This document shows, piece by piece, positions 22,616 through 34,410 of a stretch of 64,000 bases of DNA (positions are counted from its first letter, which is position 1; every line of letters begins with the position of its first letter). Position numbers and translations under genes: made by a program. The notes below the pieces were generated by a model. The model searched no databases. It was given only the letters and a program-made list of their open reading frames with translations, and was not told the origin of the DNA. The stretch comes from Microthyrium microscopicum (taxonomy: Eukaryota), in assembly GCA_010405405.1 (NCBI GenBank), contig MU004237.1:286191-350190 (forward strand), in the 5' to 3' direction.

Positions 22616-24319
22616 TGGAGCCGGTAACAAGCAACGGTTCCCTGAAGACACGCGAACACTTGGCTGATGTGAGAACGGAGCTGTGAATAATGAGATGGAT
22701 AGAGGGTATATGTACTGGTAGACACATTTATTGCCCAGGAACGGGCTTGTCGGCTGCTATGAGGCTGAAAATTGGCAATACCAACTCTCGGGAGGATTTT
22801 AGTCTGTGATCATACAATTTGGTCTAATACTTCGCCTTGCTTCTGCAATGCTTTGGTGACATATTAGTTGATGCATGGGGACGATTCGATATAATTCACG
22901 CCAGCACCACGCTGTAAGAACTATCGTACACCATTGTGGCCCCTCCGCGTCAGTCCAAAGTTTCTAGAAACAATCTTTGACCAATGAAAGGTTTGTTACT
23001 GGGAAAGGTGCCAATCAGATCCAGTATAATCTTTGTTATAGCAACACTACCCAAAAACATAACAGCTAATCATGGTCTGTTTTTGTAGTCTACACAGCTT
23101 CAAACGAATAAACAGCTCGTCTCTTCTATGACTATCACAGTCGAAAACAGTAAAATGGACCGCCTATGGAAATACTCTCGCTTATAGTATGTTGTGGCTA
23201 TGTCCCAGGCTCCCAGGCTTCGTGTTCAACCAAGTAGTACAGATATCAATAGCTAACGGGTATTACACTACACACATTTGTCCTCTCCTTCATACCGAGC
23301 TTTGCGTCCAGCGCCGTATGGACCAAAACCTGAGAGAACAATCTGAATGTAAGATTAGCCGTCACGGAAGATAGCGGTTGTTTAGCGCAGTGTGTAATAC
23401 GCAGTGTTCATCGTCACTTTTCGTCCAGGACACTAAATTCGACTGTTTATTCGAATCGCAGCTTCCGAAAGCGCTTTTGAAGAGCTGCCAGACAAAATCG
23501 TTCTTTAGTATAGCCGCTTCGTCGAGCTTCCGAATTTAGATAAGCTGAAAGTGTGCTCTGACACAACTAGAGTTGCTGTCGTCCGCAGACAATATCGAAT
23601 TCTGAATACGTGAGAAGAAACCTTACGAATCATCTCATGAATACCGTATTCGATATGCAAACTTTCCGGGAAAACGCTTCTTCTGACAGTCATACAGCCA
23701 AAAGAGCGGTAATTAGCCACTTCTCAACACCCAATTCTTCCACAGGGAACCTTTCTTACTGAAACATAACTTTGTCAGAAGTAGGCCATCCGTGAATAAT
23801 CTTAAGAGGATACAGGGTCACAATCCTAGAGCAAAGTGCTCCCTTTACTGCTCTGCTTCATCCTTCAACTCCATTCCCTCTTGATGAGACTCTCCACATG
23901 TTTGTAATGAATACTATAAGCAATGGTCGAATATAACCTTGGAGTGCCTGACAATATGCTGATGCAAGCCTCTATCTTCGACCGATCACCAATTCATCAC
24001 GCTAGCCAATCCGATAGCAACAGCGGCCCAACTTTCAACTGAGTCGATTCGGGAGAATCGACTTGCTCGACTTGTCTTTGCCTTTTCCGTTGATAATGAA
24101 AAAAAGTACAACAGTAAGCAAAGGCACAAAGGAGTGAAGTTGGATTAGTAAGTATATTGAGCATTTCGTTACATGATAATTTCTAAACGAGTAGGATTCC
24201 TGACCCAGATCCTTAGGGTCGCCCTAAAAAGACATTACCTAAACGGATGTCGAAGGCGGCCTACAGCGCGGCCTTGTAAATTTACCGTTACATCGATATA
24301 AGCCTATTTGTATTGCACA

Positions 24320-25015
24320 TCAAACTGCTCCACCCAGCAGCTTTTTCCAGTCAATATCCCATGTTGCGGCTTCTATAGCCGCAAGGCACTTTCTTTTATC
24401 GAATTGCTCAATTTTCGGCCACCCATGTTCTCGGTAAATACCTCTGACTTTCTCAATTGCAGCAAGGGCGTTCGGCGAATCCTTTCTATAGCCATTCAGC
24501 ACCTTCGTCTTGCTATTGAGCTTCATGAACTCGTTCTTGAGTATCTCGAAAAAGTGAGAAACACCGGTTCCGACCCAACCGCGGTGTTGGTAAAAGATCA
24601 TTCTCCCTAGGTTGATGTCCAACAGAAAGGTGGTATTACTCCTCGCGCCGCATGTGAGGCCAATAACATAGGGTGAATTGATAATGTTGGGCTCCGTCAA
24701 GGATTTGACAACATCAATACTCAAGAAACCTTCCGATAGCTTCTGAGAAATTAGGTTCCAATCAGCGAAGTAGCATTCAGCAGATGTCTGAGCCGATTCA
24801 TGATGATTAGCCGTAGTGCTGCAAATGTATGGCAGATGGCGAAGCATAGTGATGATTTGATCACACTTGCCCAAGCCCTTCAGGACTTGGGGTGTAATTG
24901 ACGGCCACCCGCCTGGCGGTGGCTCTACGACTTTCGATTCTTCAAGGTACAATGTGGTCAAGAATTTGTAGTATTGACGTACTGCTTGAACGATGGCAGC
25001 TTGAGTAGAGTTCAT
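24320..25015 (-). CDS. Conserved fungal hypothetical protein (YxFL..PPPGGWP.IT..LRHLPYI..IYREHGWP family)
   Basis: 231-aa ORF with motif pattern of a widespread Pezizomycotina family of unknown function. Confidence 0.7.
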   Translation of the reverse strand: MNSTQAAIVQAVRQYYKFLTTLYLEESKVVEPPPGGWPSITPQVLKGLGKCDQIITMLRHLPYICSTTANHHESAQTSAECYFADWNLISQKLSEGFLSIDVVKSLTEPNIINSPYVIGLTCGARSNTTFLLDINLGRMIFYQHRGWVGTGVSHFFEILKNEFMKLNSKTKVLNGYRKDSPNALAAIEKVRGIYREHGWPKIEQFDKRKCLAAIEAATWDIDWKKLLGGAV

Positions 25016-25123
25016 GTTGCTGGACTTAGGTGCTGTTGTTCGTGTGAAAAGAACTGAGAGTCTGAAGTTGAGTCGAGAAACAAAACAGAGGCAACATGAT
25101 TGTGAAGACGTGGTTTATATCTG

Positions 25124-25326
25124 TCGAACATTTCAGTATTGCAGACGAACAACCAAATTTTGGACCTGAGGTCCAAAAACGGACCCCCTGTACTCATTGA
25201 ATATTCCAGTAAAGAAGAACTCGGACACAGGGCCAGGATAAGACCCTTGTATCCATCGAATATTCAAGCATTGCAGACAGGCGACCAAAATTGGACCTAA
25301 GTTCCAAAAACGTACCCCCTGTTCCA
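25124..25326. repeat. Two ~72-bp direct repeats (period 132) with a palindromic core, separated by a diverged partial unit
   Basis: ATTGCAGAC..CCAAAWTTGGACCTRAGKTCCAAAAACGKACCCCCTGT at ~25138-25191 and ~25270-25322. Confidence 0.8.
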
Positions 25327-25850
25327 TCCTATCCTCCCTAATCGCCTCGCCGCACCGAATGAAGGTACGAATAGCTAAATGTTAAGGAGCATTGGCATCG
25401 GTCATACCTGCGTGAATTCTTTTCAAATCAGGCTCTGCGTGAACCTCAAGATTTCTTTGAGACTTGGTGAGTCTTTCGCGGAATCGTGCTATGCTGAGTT
25501 GATCAGGGGTGCTTCAATTCATGCCGCAAAAAGCATCGATGACAGTTGGACTGTGGCCCATGCATGTAGCGCTGAACGGTCCAGACATTGAACTAGCAAT
25601 CCATGAATCTCATTAGCATTTGATGACTGCGTACGACCACTGGATTGTAGTGGATGGAGTTGGTAATTTGGTGTTGGATGAAGGAGGTTGATATTTTGAT
25701 GCCAAGGCTAAAAGGCGAAATAAGCGAGCGGCTATGACTGTTAGTAGTTCCCTGTATTATGCGGCACAGCGCTTATTCTCAACCCTTTTTTATAAAGTAG
25801 TTTTTTCACGTCTGTAACGTCGAGCTAAAGGAGCTTGTCTGTGTCAGTGC

Positions 25851-25860
25851 ACGCGTCGCG
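25851..25860. promoter_or_regulatory. MCB-like element ACGCGTCGCG upstream of HIR1
   Basis: ACGCGT core ~210 bp upstream of the HIR1 ATG, just before a pyrimidine-rich initiation region. Confidence 0.5.
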
Positions 25861-26064
25861 CCTTTCACTTCTACTTCAACTTTCATCAACCATCACCACA
25901 TATCCACCCTCCATCAATCCATCAATCCATCTCTCTTCTTACCTTCAATTCCTTGCTCCTGCCAAACTCTGGATATCCCATCAATTCGAATTATCAATAG
26001 CAAACCCACGAGTTGTGCGCGCCTCATCTGCTGAGTATGAGGCAGGGCCTCAACTTCTGCCACC

Positions 26065-29000
26065 ATGCACATCGTGAAACCAGACTGGCTTCGACATACC
26101 CGTACGTGTCTTCCGCCACTTTCTATTATTTATAGCTAATCAGTCTAGTTGCCGGTGAGCTTCGCGACCATGAAGTATACAGTTGCGATGTCTCCCCTGA
26201 TGGAAAACGACTTGTAACCGCCGCCGGAGGTACGATCCCGCCTACACCCTCATTGAACATAACTAAACTATATCCCAGACTCCTACGTCCGTTTATGGTC
26301 TACCGAATCTGTATATCGCTCTCTGGATGGCGATTACACTGGCCCAAAACAATTAGCTGCCCTGAGCAACCACTCTGGCACCATCCACTCCGTCCGATTC
26401 TCACCAAACAATAAATACCTAGCATCCGGCGCTGACGACAAAATTGTCTGCATTTACGGACTCGACCCGACTCCTCCTGCCCAGACCCAAACCTTTGGTT
26501 AGATTCCGAATGCTCCACGACTTACAATTGCTAACGGACTGCACTAGGTTCAAATGAAGCACCCCCAGTAGAGAACTGGCGAGTATTGCGCCGTCTTGTA
26601 GGACACGACAACGACGTGCAAGATATTGCCTGGTCATATGATTCCTCCATCCTCATCTCCGTGGGCCTTGATTCCAAAGTTGTCGTCTGGTCCGGTCATT
26701 CATTCGAAAAATTAAAAACTCTCTCCCAACATCAAAGTCACGTCAAAGGCATCACATTCGATCCAGCAGGGAAATACTTTGCCACATGTAGCGATGACCG
26801 AACCATCAAAATCTTCCGCTTTTACTCTCCACCTCCCAATGCGACAGCCCACGATCAAGTCTCGAACTTTATGCTGGAGCAAACAATATCCGCCCCTTTC
26901 ATAGGCTCTCCTCTTACAACTTATTTTCGAAGATGTTCATGGTCACCAGACGGTTTACATATTGCAGCTGCAAATGCCATGAACGGACCAGTTTCTTCTG
27001 TTGCTATCATCACTCGTGGAACCTGGGACAGCGCCATCAATTTCATAGGCCATGAAGGACCGGTCGAAGTCTGCTCGTTCTGTCCTAGAATTTTCCACAA
27101 GGACAAAACCGACCCTAGCGTTGAGCACCATCAACCGTCAATCACAGTCGTCGCATGTGGAGGTCAAGACAAATCTCTGAGTATATGGAACACGAGCCTC
27201 ACGAGACCGCAGGTTATCACCCAAGCTCTATCAGGAAAACCTATATCTGACTTGTGTTGGTCTCCTGATGGCGAGAAGCTCTTCGTCACTACTCTGGATG
27301 GTGGCATTCTTACTGTCATCTTTGAACCAGGAGAGCTCGGTTATGTTGCTCCGCTAATAGAAAATGACAAAGCCCTCAGTCGATATGGTGCTGGTCGCAA
27401 GGCTGGAATAGTTGAGGGCCCTGAAGCCTTGCTCCTAGAAGAATTCAGCAAAGCGGATGAATTGAAGGGAGTACAAGGTCGAATGGGAGAACTCATGGGT
27501 GACAGTGGAACACAGATCGTGGTCAATGGAAACTCAGGTCCTACTACTAATGGGACAACACCAGCCACGAACGGCACTTCTAATGCCATGGATCTTGACA
27601 AGCCATCTCAGTCTGTTCCGGAGCCAAAGGTCAATCAATTAAAGCAGCGAGTCGAAATTGTCGGAGGCAAGAAACGAGTCAAGCCATTATTAATATCCGC
27701 AACTACAGCACCTATTTCGAATCTACCACAGACACAACTGGTCGCAAACACCACACAATCATTACGAGTTGGAGATGGTCCTCATGCTGTATTAGATCTG
27801 TCGAAGCCATACGATGGACTACCCAAGGGTGGCTTGACTGGGCTTCTAATAGGTAATAAACGCAAATGGGCTGATATTACAGCCGACGAGGAGAAACGGA
27901 CCGAGAAACGATTTGGAGCATCAGTCAAGGACGGCGCCGCACCATTACTCATTAACGGTGAGAATGGGCTGGTACCTCCTAGCATGGTTGATCGCGCCTT
28001 GTTAACCGCTCCCCCCGTCATAAACCCCGCCCTAGTAACCAGCCAAATGCGACTGGCTACCCCAGTACTTCGAAGTGTCATACTCCGAACCGCCGATGGC
28101 TCAGATCCCGCCAAAGCGGGCGAGACAGAAGCCACGTCCGACGTAGTAATGCTCGAAGCACGCAACGCCACAGGTCCTTCCCGTACAGGACGAGCTCAGG
28201 ATAGAGACCCGACTCGGATCAACTGTACGAAACAAGGCATCTCTCTCTGGCAAGATTATCTCCCACGCCCCGTCAGCCTCGTCACCGGCAACAGCCATTT
28301 TTGGGCCGCTGGTTGCGAAGACGGCTCTCTCTACGTCTGGACCCCGGCGGGACGCCGCCTCCTTAACGCGTTTATCCTCGAAGCCCAACCGGTCATAATG
28401 GACTGTCGTGGCTGGTGGCTCATGGCCATCACCGCTGTAGGCCAAGCACATGTGTGGAACATCAAAACCCTCAGCTCCCCACACCCACCTGTCTCGCTCG
28501 CCCCAATCTTTGACGTCGCCGTTCTGTCCGGCGGACCACATCTCAGCGCCACACCGGGAATTGCATTTGGCCGCCTCAACTCCAACGGCCGCATCATCGT
28601 CGGCATGACCAACGGCGACGGCTACTCATATAACCCTGGCATGTTTGTCTGGCAACGACTGTCCGAGCAGTGGTTCGCCGTTGGTAGCCAGTACTGGAAC
28701 ACCACCGACTCGGCTATCAGCAACATCCAAGCCAGCGCACCTAACGGTACGTCTCATGATGACGGCGACGACGAATTCATCTCCGCCGAGAACATCTCCG
28801 CAGGCATAATCCCACTCCTCGAGCGCAATACCACCGCACAAACGCTCCTCCGTGGACGCGCATACTTCCTCCAACGCCTCATCAAGCAATTGCTCGTAGC
28901 AGAAGGCTTCGAAGGCTTCGAAGCCAACGTATCCGTCGCCCATCTCGAGAACCGTCTTGCGGCAGCCATGGCGTTGGGCGCAAAGGACGAGCTCAAGATA

Positions 29001-29370
29001 TATCTAATGATGTATGCCAAACGAATCGGTGCTGAAGGTCTAAAGGCCAAAATCGAAGAGCTTCTGCGAACACTCCTTGGCGATATCTTCGATGAGGATG
29101 GGACAGAAGTCAAGCCAGCAGACGTCAAAGCACAGGGCTGGAATACGAAGGAGAAGGAGATCTTGGGGTGGAATCGCATGGACTTGTTGCGCGATGTTGT
29201 TCTAATTCTCGGTACGTTCAATCCCCCCCTATTCTCATAATGTGTATTCAAAACTAACCAAATTGATAGGCAAACATCGTGATATCCAGCGTCTAACCGT
29301 GCCATATTCACGTCTTCTGGGCGTAGGCGAAGAACGTCTGCCAATCGAAGATGCGAATATGAAAGAGTAG
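26065..29370 (+). CDS. HIR1: Histone chaperone HIRA/Hir1 (WD40 + B-domain + C-terminal Hira domain), 5 exons
   Basis: MHIVKPDWLRH; WD40 repeats (GHDNDVQDIAWS, HVKGITFDP, FRRCSWSPDG); GKKRVKPLLI B-motif; HLENRL; last exon KHRDIQRLTVPYSRLLG ending at TAG 29368-29370. Confidence 0.95.
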
Positions 29371-29886
29371 CAATCTCTCATGTCTCATCAACAATCGGGC
29401 ACACGGTCGGGGAAAGGCAAGCAGCGCTTGCAGATTGAAGACACGCCTATGGAGGATTAGCAGTCTGCCACCAGCAACAGCAACTTGGACGAACAGTTGG
29501 CGGCTATACCTAATGATGTGTTTGATGACGCGGGCGAGCAGATCGTGGAGAGTACAGAGTTGGATTCGGCAAAACCAAGCACAGCTTTGCGCTCCTTGTT
29601 ACCAAAGCCCAGTGCGATTTCAGAGGAGAGGGGTTCTGTTGCGAAGGATTCGCGGTCCGGTGCTTCGGACGAACTGGGTCATTTTCCTGATACAGTGCCT
29701 AGTAGCTCTACCAAGCCAGTGGCTAACTTTGCGATGGAAACGATGTCGTCAATGAAGAAGAAACTGGAACCAGCGAAGAAACGGGTCGTGTCATCAAAGG
29801 CCGCGTCTTTACAATCTCCTGAGACCGAGGCGACATTGAGGAAGAGTGCGAGGACTAAGGGAAAGAGTGTAGCCTACACCAGATAG
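29371..29886 (+). CDS. Putative in-frame C-terminal extension of HIR1 beyond two TAG codons
   Basis: Same frame as HIR1, with only one internal stop (29458-29460). Protein-like composition ending KKKLEPAKKR..LRKSARTKGKSVAYTR. Confidence 0.5.
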
Positions 29887-31082
29887 GTTGTAGCTGCTGT
29901 CGATTGTATATTATTAGTAGGACAGATACGAGTTTGTGTATGAATGCTGTGCCTGGCTGATCGCCAAGGCGAACATAACTTTTCCAAGTTTGAAGCTCTA
30001 TGACTTTGTGATGATGTGTTTCTACAAGGTGTGGCTGGATGCATCAAGGGCGCATGGATATTATTGATGTTGAGACGTGAGCGATGCTATCTCAAGGCGT
30101 TTACTAGCTGGACATGCCTATTCTTTCACTAAAAGCGTCTTCATCAGATCAAACATCAATCTGACTCACGACCAAGCCGACGAGCAAGACAATCCGCTCT
30201 GCTAGAAAGCCTCTGCTTTCTCGACGCTTCAGTGACCATAACATCAGGTCAAGTCAGCACACCAGAGGCGATCTCAACAACACGCAAACACAAGACCAAA
30301 AGAGTTGCAAAGCAAGCATATCTACTTGACGCTTTTGATTCGACTAATAGAGGTAATACAACCGTCTCTAATAATAAATACTGTGCTGTGTACTCGTCTT
30401 CACCAGCAACAAAAAAAAACGAAGAATAGAAAAGTCCCTTGTGTAGAAAGACAGCAACACAACCACCAAGTCCCCAGCTCTCCTCTCCAAGCCTCCGTCC
30501 TTCCTAACACAAGGAAAGGTATAAAAAGTGACCACAGGCTGGTGATTGATTCGCCTTTTCGTCAGTATGGGTAATAGTAGTGGTTGATTGTAAGAAAGAG
30601 AAAAGAAGCACGCTTTTTGTGATCTTTTTGGTCTGCTGGATATCAAATAACAAAAAGTGTTCCTGGTATCTTGCCCTCATTACGCTGATGGAATAAAAAG
30701 GAAACCCCCGCCACGTCCTGGTGGGTTGGGTGATTCTTGGGTAATGACAAGAATGCAATAACGCCGGCCCTGATGATTTGATGTCGGTGACTTTTATAAT
30801 ATATACCGATAGGGGAGATGTTCCCCGGTTGCATGCATGGTTGATGATGGTTTGACAAAATGAAAAGTGTTTACAGTGACAGCTGTGTGATCGCGGTATT
30901 GGTATGATTGACTGGTGAGTGAGAGAATGAAGTGTGTTTATGTGGTCGTTTAACAATCAGAACACTGATTGTGGAGATGGATTTGATCAGCTGAAAGGGT
31001 GTGACAACGAGATATTTGAGGAGGAAACGGCTGACGAATGGCTCATGATCTGGGAAGGTTTGAAGACTTGTCGGGTGGATGG

Positions 31083-34000
31083 TCACCGATCAAGAGCCTC
31101 CGACAAGTATTTGCCAATAGAATTCGTGATGCTTGTTTTCGTCTTTTCGCTCAAGTTTCCGCTTTGCCAGACCAATTTCAAGGACTGGAACGCTCGTCGA
31201 TCCTCCTCTTCAAACTCTTTCATCTCCGTCTTGACCCTTGATATTAAGTTTTCGAGAACGCAATCGCGAATTAAAGTTGGATGAAGTAGCATGCTGATTT
31301 GGAAATTGATGAGTTGTTGCACGCCAATGTCGTTATTCCGATGCTTGACATCCTCCTCAGCAAGATGTCGAAACTCCTCATACATGCGGTGATTGAAATT
31401 ACGGACTAAAAAGTGAGACCAAAACTGGTACAAAACGACCATGTCGCGGGGATAATTATCGTTTGAAGAATGCTGTCGCTGATTCAAAGCGTTCAAACGC
31501 ATGTCGGCATAAAGCGCAGAGGATGTATTTTCTGGCTTTTCAAAGGCTGGAAGGTCTGGGTCCTTTGGCCAGTATAGTTGTCGCGGGGGGATTGATTCGT
31601 CCGAAGGATTAGAGCTTCCTGAAGTGGTTTCCCAACTGGTGTGCGGGTCCGATGCAAAAATAAATTCCCTCACCTGAGGGGACGTAAGATCCTCAGAAGG
31701 ACTTCTGCAAAACGCCGAGGTTAGACGCAATTAAATATTCACACCGTCCTGGCTTACTCATGCGAGGATGAAGCCCCATTTGGAAGAGAGCTGGCAACCA
31801 CGCCGTTGACGCCCTGAGGCCCTTCCATGCTCGTGCTGACCACATTTCCGTTCGAGAGTGTCTGGGCCGCTGGAATTTGTGCGACGGAACCATTTGCATC
31901 TGGATTACGGTACATGACTTTAAGAGTGTCGACTTGAGCGTCGGACATCGCATCTCGCTGGGTCTCTGGATGTCCGTTGGGTTGATAACCAGCATACTGT
32001 CCTGGAGATTGAACGCGGTGATTGGTGTTAGCAGATCCGTTGGCAGCGAAGCCATGTGACATTGGTGGTGGGGACATTTGGTACTTGGCAAAGTCGTTTG
32101 AGTTTCCAGAGGCCGATCTAAAATATTCCGGCTGGTATATCTGGTTACTAAATGGCGGAACTGATCCTGGGGAACCTAGAGGAAGTGAGGGATTTCGAGC
32201 GCCGTTGCCCATAAACTGATCAAAGACAGCTGGATGGGGCATGGGGGCAACAGGAGCTGCTTCAACTCCTTCATGTTGAGCCTTGGGGTCTCGTTGGTTC
32301 ATTTCCAAGATCCACTTCTCCCATCCTTCTCTCTTCCGCACACGATCAATGCCATCAACTCCTAAACGATGTTCAAGGTTATGGGACTCTCGGCAGACAT
32401 ACTTGATCATTTCCATATCAGTGGTGAGAATCTTGACTCGGTGGAATCCCGCAATCAGATCGAGGGGAATGAATCCTTCAGAGTCCATGTGACCGCGAAG
32501 GAATATATCACGACACAAGTTGTCGATAGAGAAATAGTACTCTCTAAAAGTGGTGGTTAGCTCTTTACTTGTAACATTGTGATACAAAAGACTTACAGTT
32601 GGACGGAGACCATGCCTGTCAGGTTGTATGGATCAATGGTAGCGGAGTATGGTACAGCACTCATCGACTGGTTTGTAAAATCGTACATGCCTGGCGCAAC
32701 GTAGGTATTGAGTGAGGGCAAAGCACCGTTCGCCATATAATTGTTGGGGTACCGGCCATATGGGTCACCAGCTCCAGGCCCACGACCACGGAAGTTATTT
32801 TGATTTCGTCCCCACATATCGTAGCCCATGGTTGGAGACCGGGTCCCAAGAGCACCATTTTGAAATCCATGTGCGAGGTTAGGGGAATTTTGATGAGATG
32901 AGAAGCCATGATGGCCATTTCGCCCTCGCATACTCTGTCTGCGATTGTTGAAAGTGTTGCCATTTCGTGGTGGGAATTTAGGGTTATTCGAATCTGTGAA
33001 AACTCGCTTTTCCTCTTCTGCAGCTGGAACAAATTCCTCGACAGTTGGACGAGTTCCATTCTCTGGAGTGGCGCGCTGGCCATTAGGAATCACGGGTGAC
33101 TTGAACTTGTCCGCATCTACACCGTTCTCGGGCTTTCGTGGGGCTTTAGTTGGGTTGCCACCAGTGCGAGGTAGAGTGTTAGCTGCAGGGGCACGTTCAT
33201 CAGCACCAGTAGGTCGTGATCGTCCTCCTCCATTGACAACGTCTTTGGAAGTTCCAGCAGGTGTCTTGGACTCCCGCCGTACTGGAGTCTCCTCACTGAC
33301 AGAACGCTTTCCTCTCGGTGAGGCGCTTCGGCCTGATCGGTCTCGCTTCCAGTTGGAGGCAGTATCGCCACCATTTCGATCTGTTGGAGATGCCACAGGT
33401 CTAGAGCCGGCTGGGGATGTCCTAGAAGAGCTCTCTCGTCCCCCGCGGGCTCCTCCCCGACCACCGCGCTTGGCGAGCCCATTCGGGAGAGGTGTATTCC
33501 ATACAACACTATGTTGGACATCGACCTTTTTCCATTCTGGCTTCTTGTGTGACGACTTGGTTGGCTCAATCTTTTCAACCTTCTCTGCGGGCTTTTTGCG
33601 ATCGTCTTCAACTGCATGCTCAGGCGTTGGCCAAAAGACTTCATCCTGCAGTGGTGGAGGTGTAGCCTGAGGCTTCTCATCCTTCTTTGGCGTCCGCTTT
33701 GGTTTGGTCTCTTCCTCTGACCGTGCATCACGTTTGGCTTCCTTAGAGCGTGATGTAGCCTGGTCTGGTTTCTTCGCTGAGTTATCCGTTTGCCCACCGG
33801 TCCGTAGAGTCGCAGCTTTGCCCACGTTACTCGTATTCATGTTTTGTGGCTTCTTGGTAGACGTTTTCGCGTTTGCTTGTTCCATGCGCGCTTTCCAAAC
33901 ATTGACCGCAGGAACTGGTGCTTCATGTTCTTTCTTTGGCGCATCAACCTTGATCCAGCTATCCTTCATGTCCTTAGCTTTGTCTTTAACTGTGGTATCA

Positions 34001-34410
34001 CTAAGATCGGCCGACTTTTCGATAGCATTTGAAGCTTGTGAAATATTTTCCCAAGTAGATTCAGATGACGTGTTGGGGATCGATGCAGCATCATCTTCGC
34101 GCTGAAGCGTAGAGGTAGATGACTCGATATATGCCATGGACGGAGGACTTATGGATGCGGTCGATTCCGGCTTGGGCTTTTGTACTTCAAAATCAGCAGG
34201 CGTTGGTAGCTGGTTAGATTGTTCAGCCTCTTTCTGTCTAGAGGTAGGCGCATCGTCATCTGGCTTGATTGTTGAGCTGGTTGACTCCGTAGCGGGCGCG
34301 CCAGGAGACGCAGGAGTTATTGGCCCCGAGGGCATTCGACTAGAGGAATTTGAGGGTTTGGAAGATGTGAGACCTTTTGCGGCCTGCGCGTACGAGAATG
34401 GAACAGACAT
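31083..34410 (-). CDS. La-related RNA-binding protein (LARP1/Sro9-like: La motif + DM15 region), 3 coding exons
   Basis: FSYAQAAKG N-terminus; PVPAVNVW; QL/EYYFSIDNLCRDIFLRGHMDSEGFIPL La motif; LYQFWSHFLVRNFNHRMYEEFRHLAEED DM15. Confidence 0.92.

Noticed and set aside
23300..24170. Stop-riddled minus-strand reading frame and a GNRA hairpin at 24042-24063
   Set aside because: No recognisable family; one hairpin is not enough evidence for a feature.
32976..32988. TTAGGGTTA canonical telomere/template-like word
   Set aside because: Single occurrence inside the LARP coding exon.
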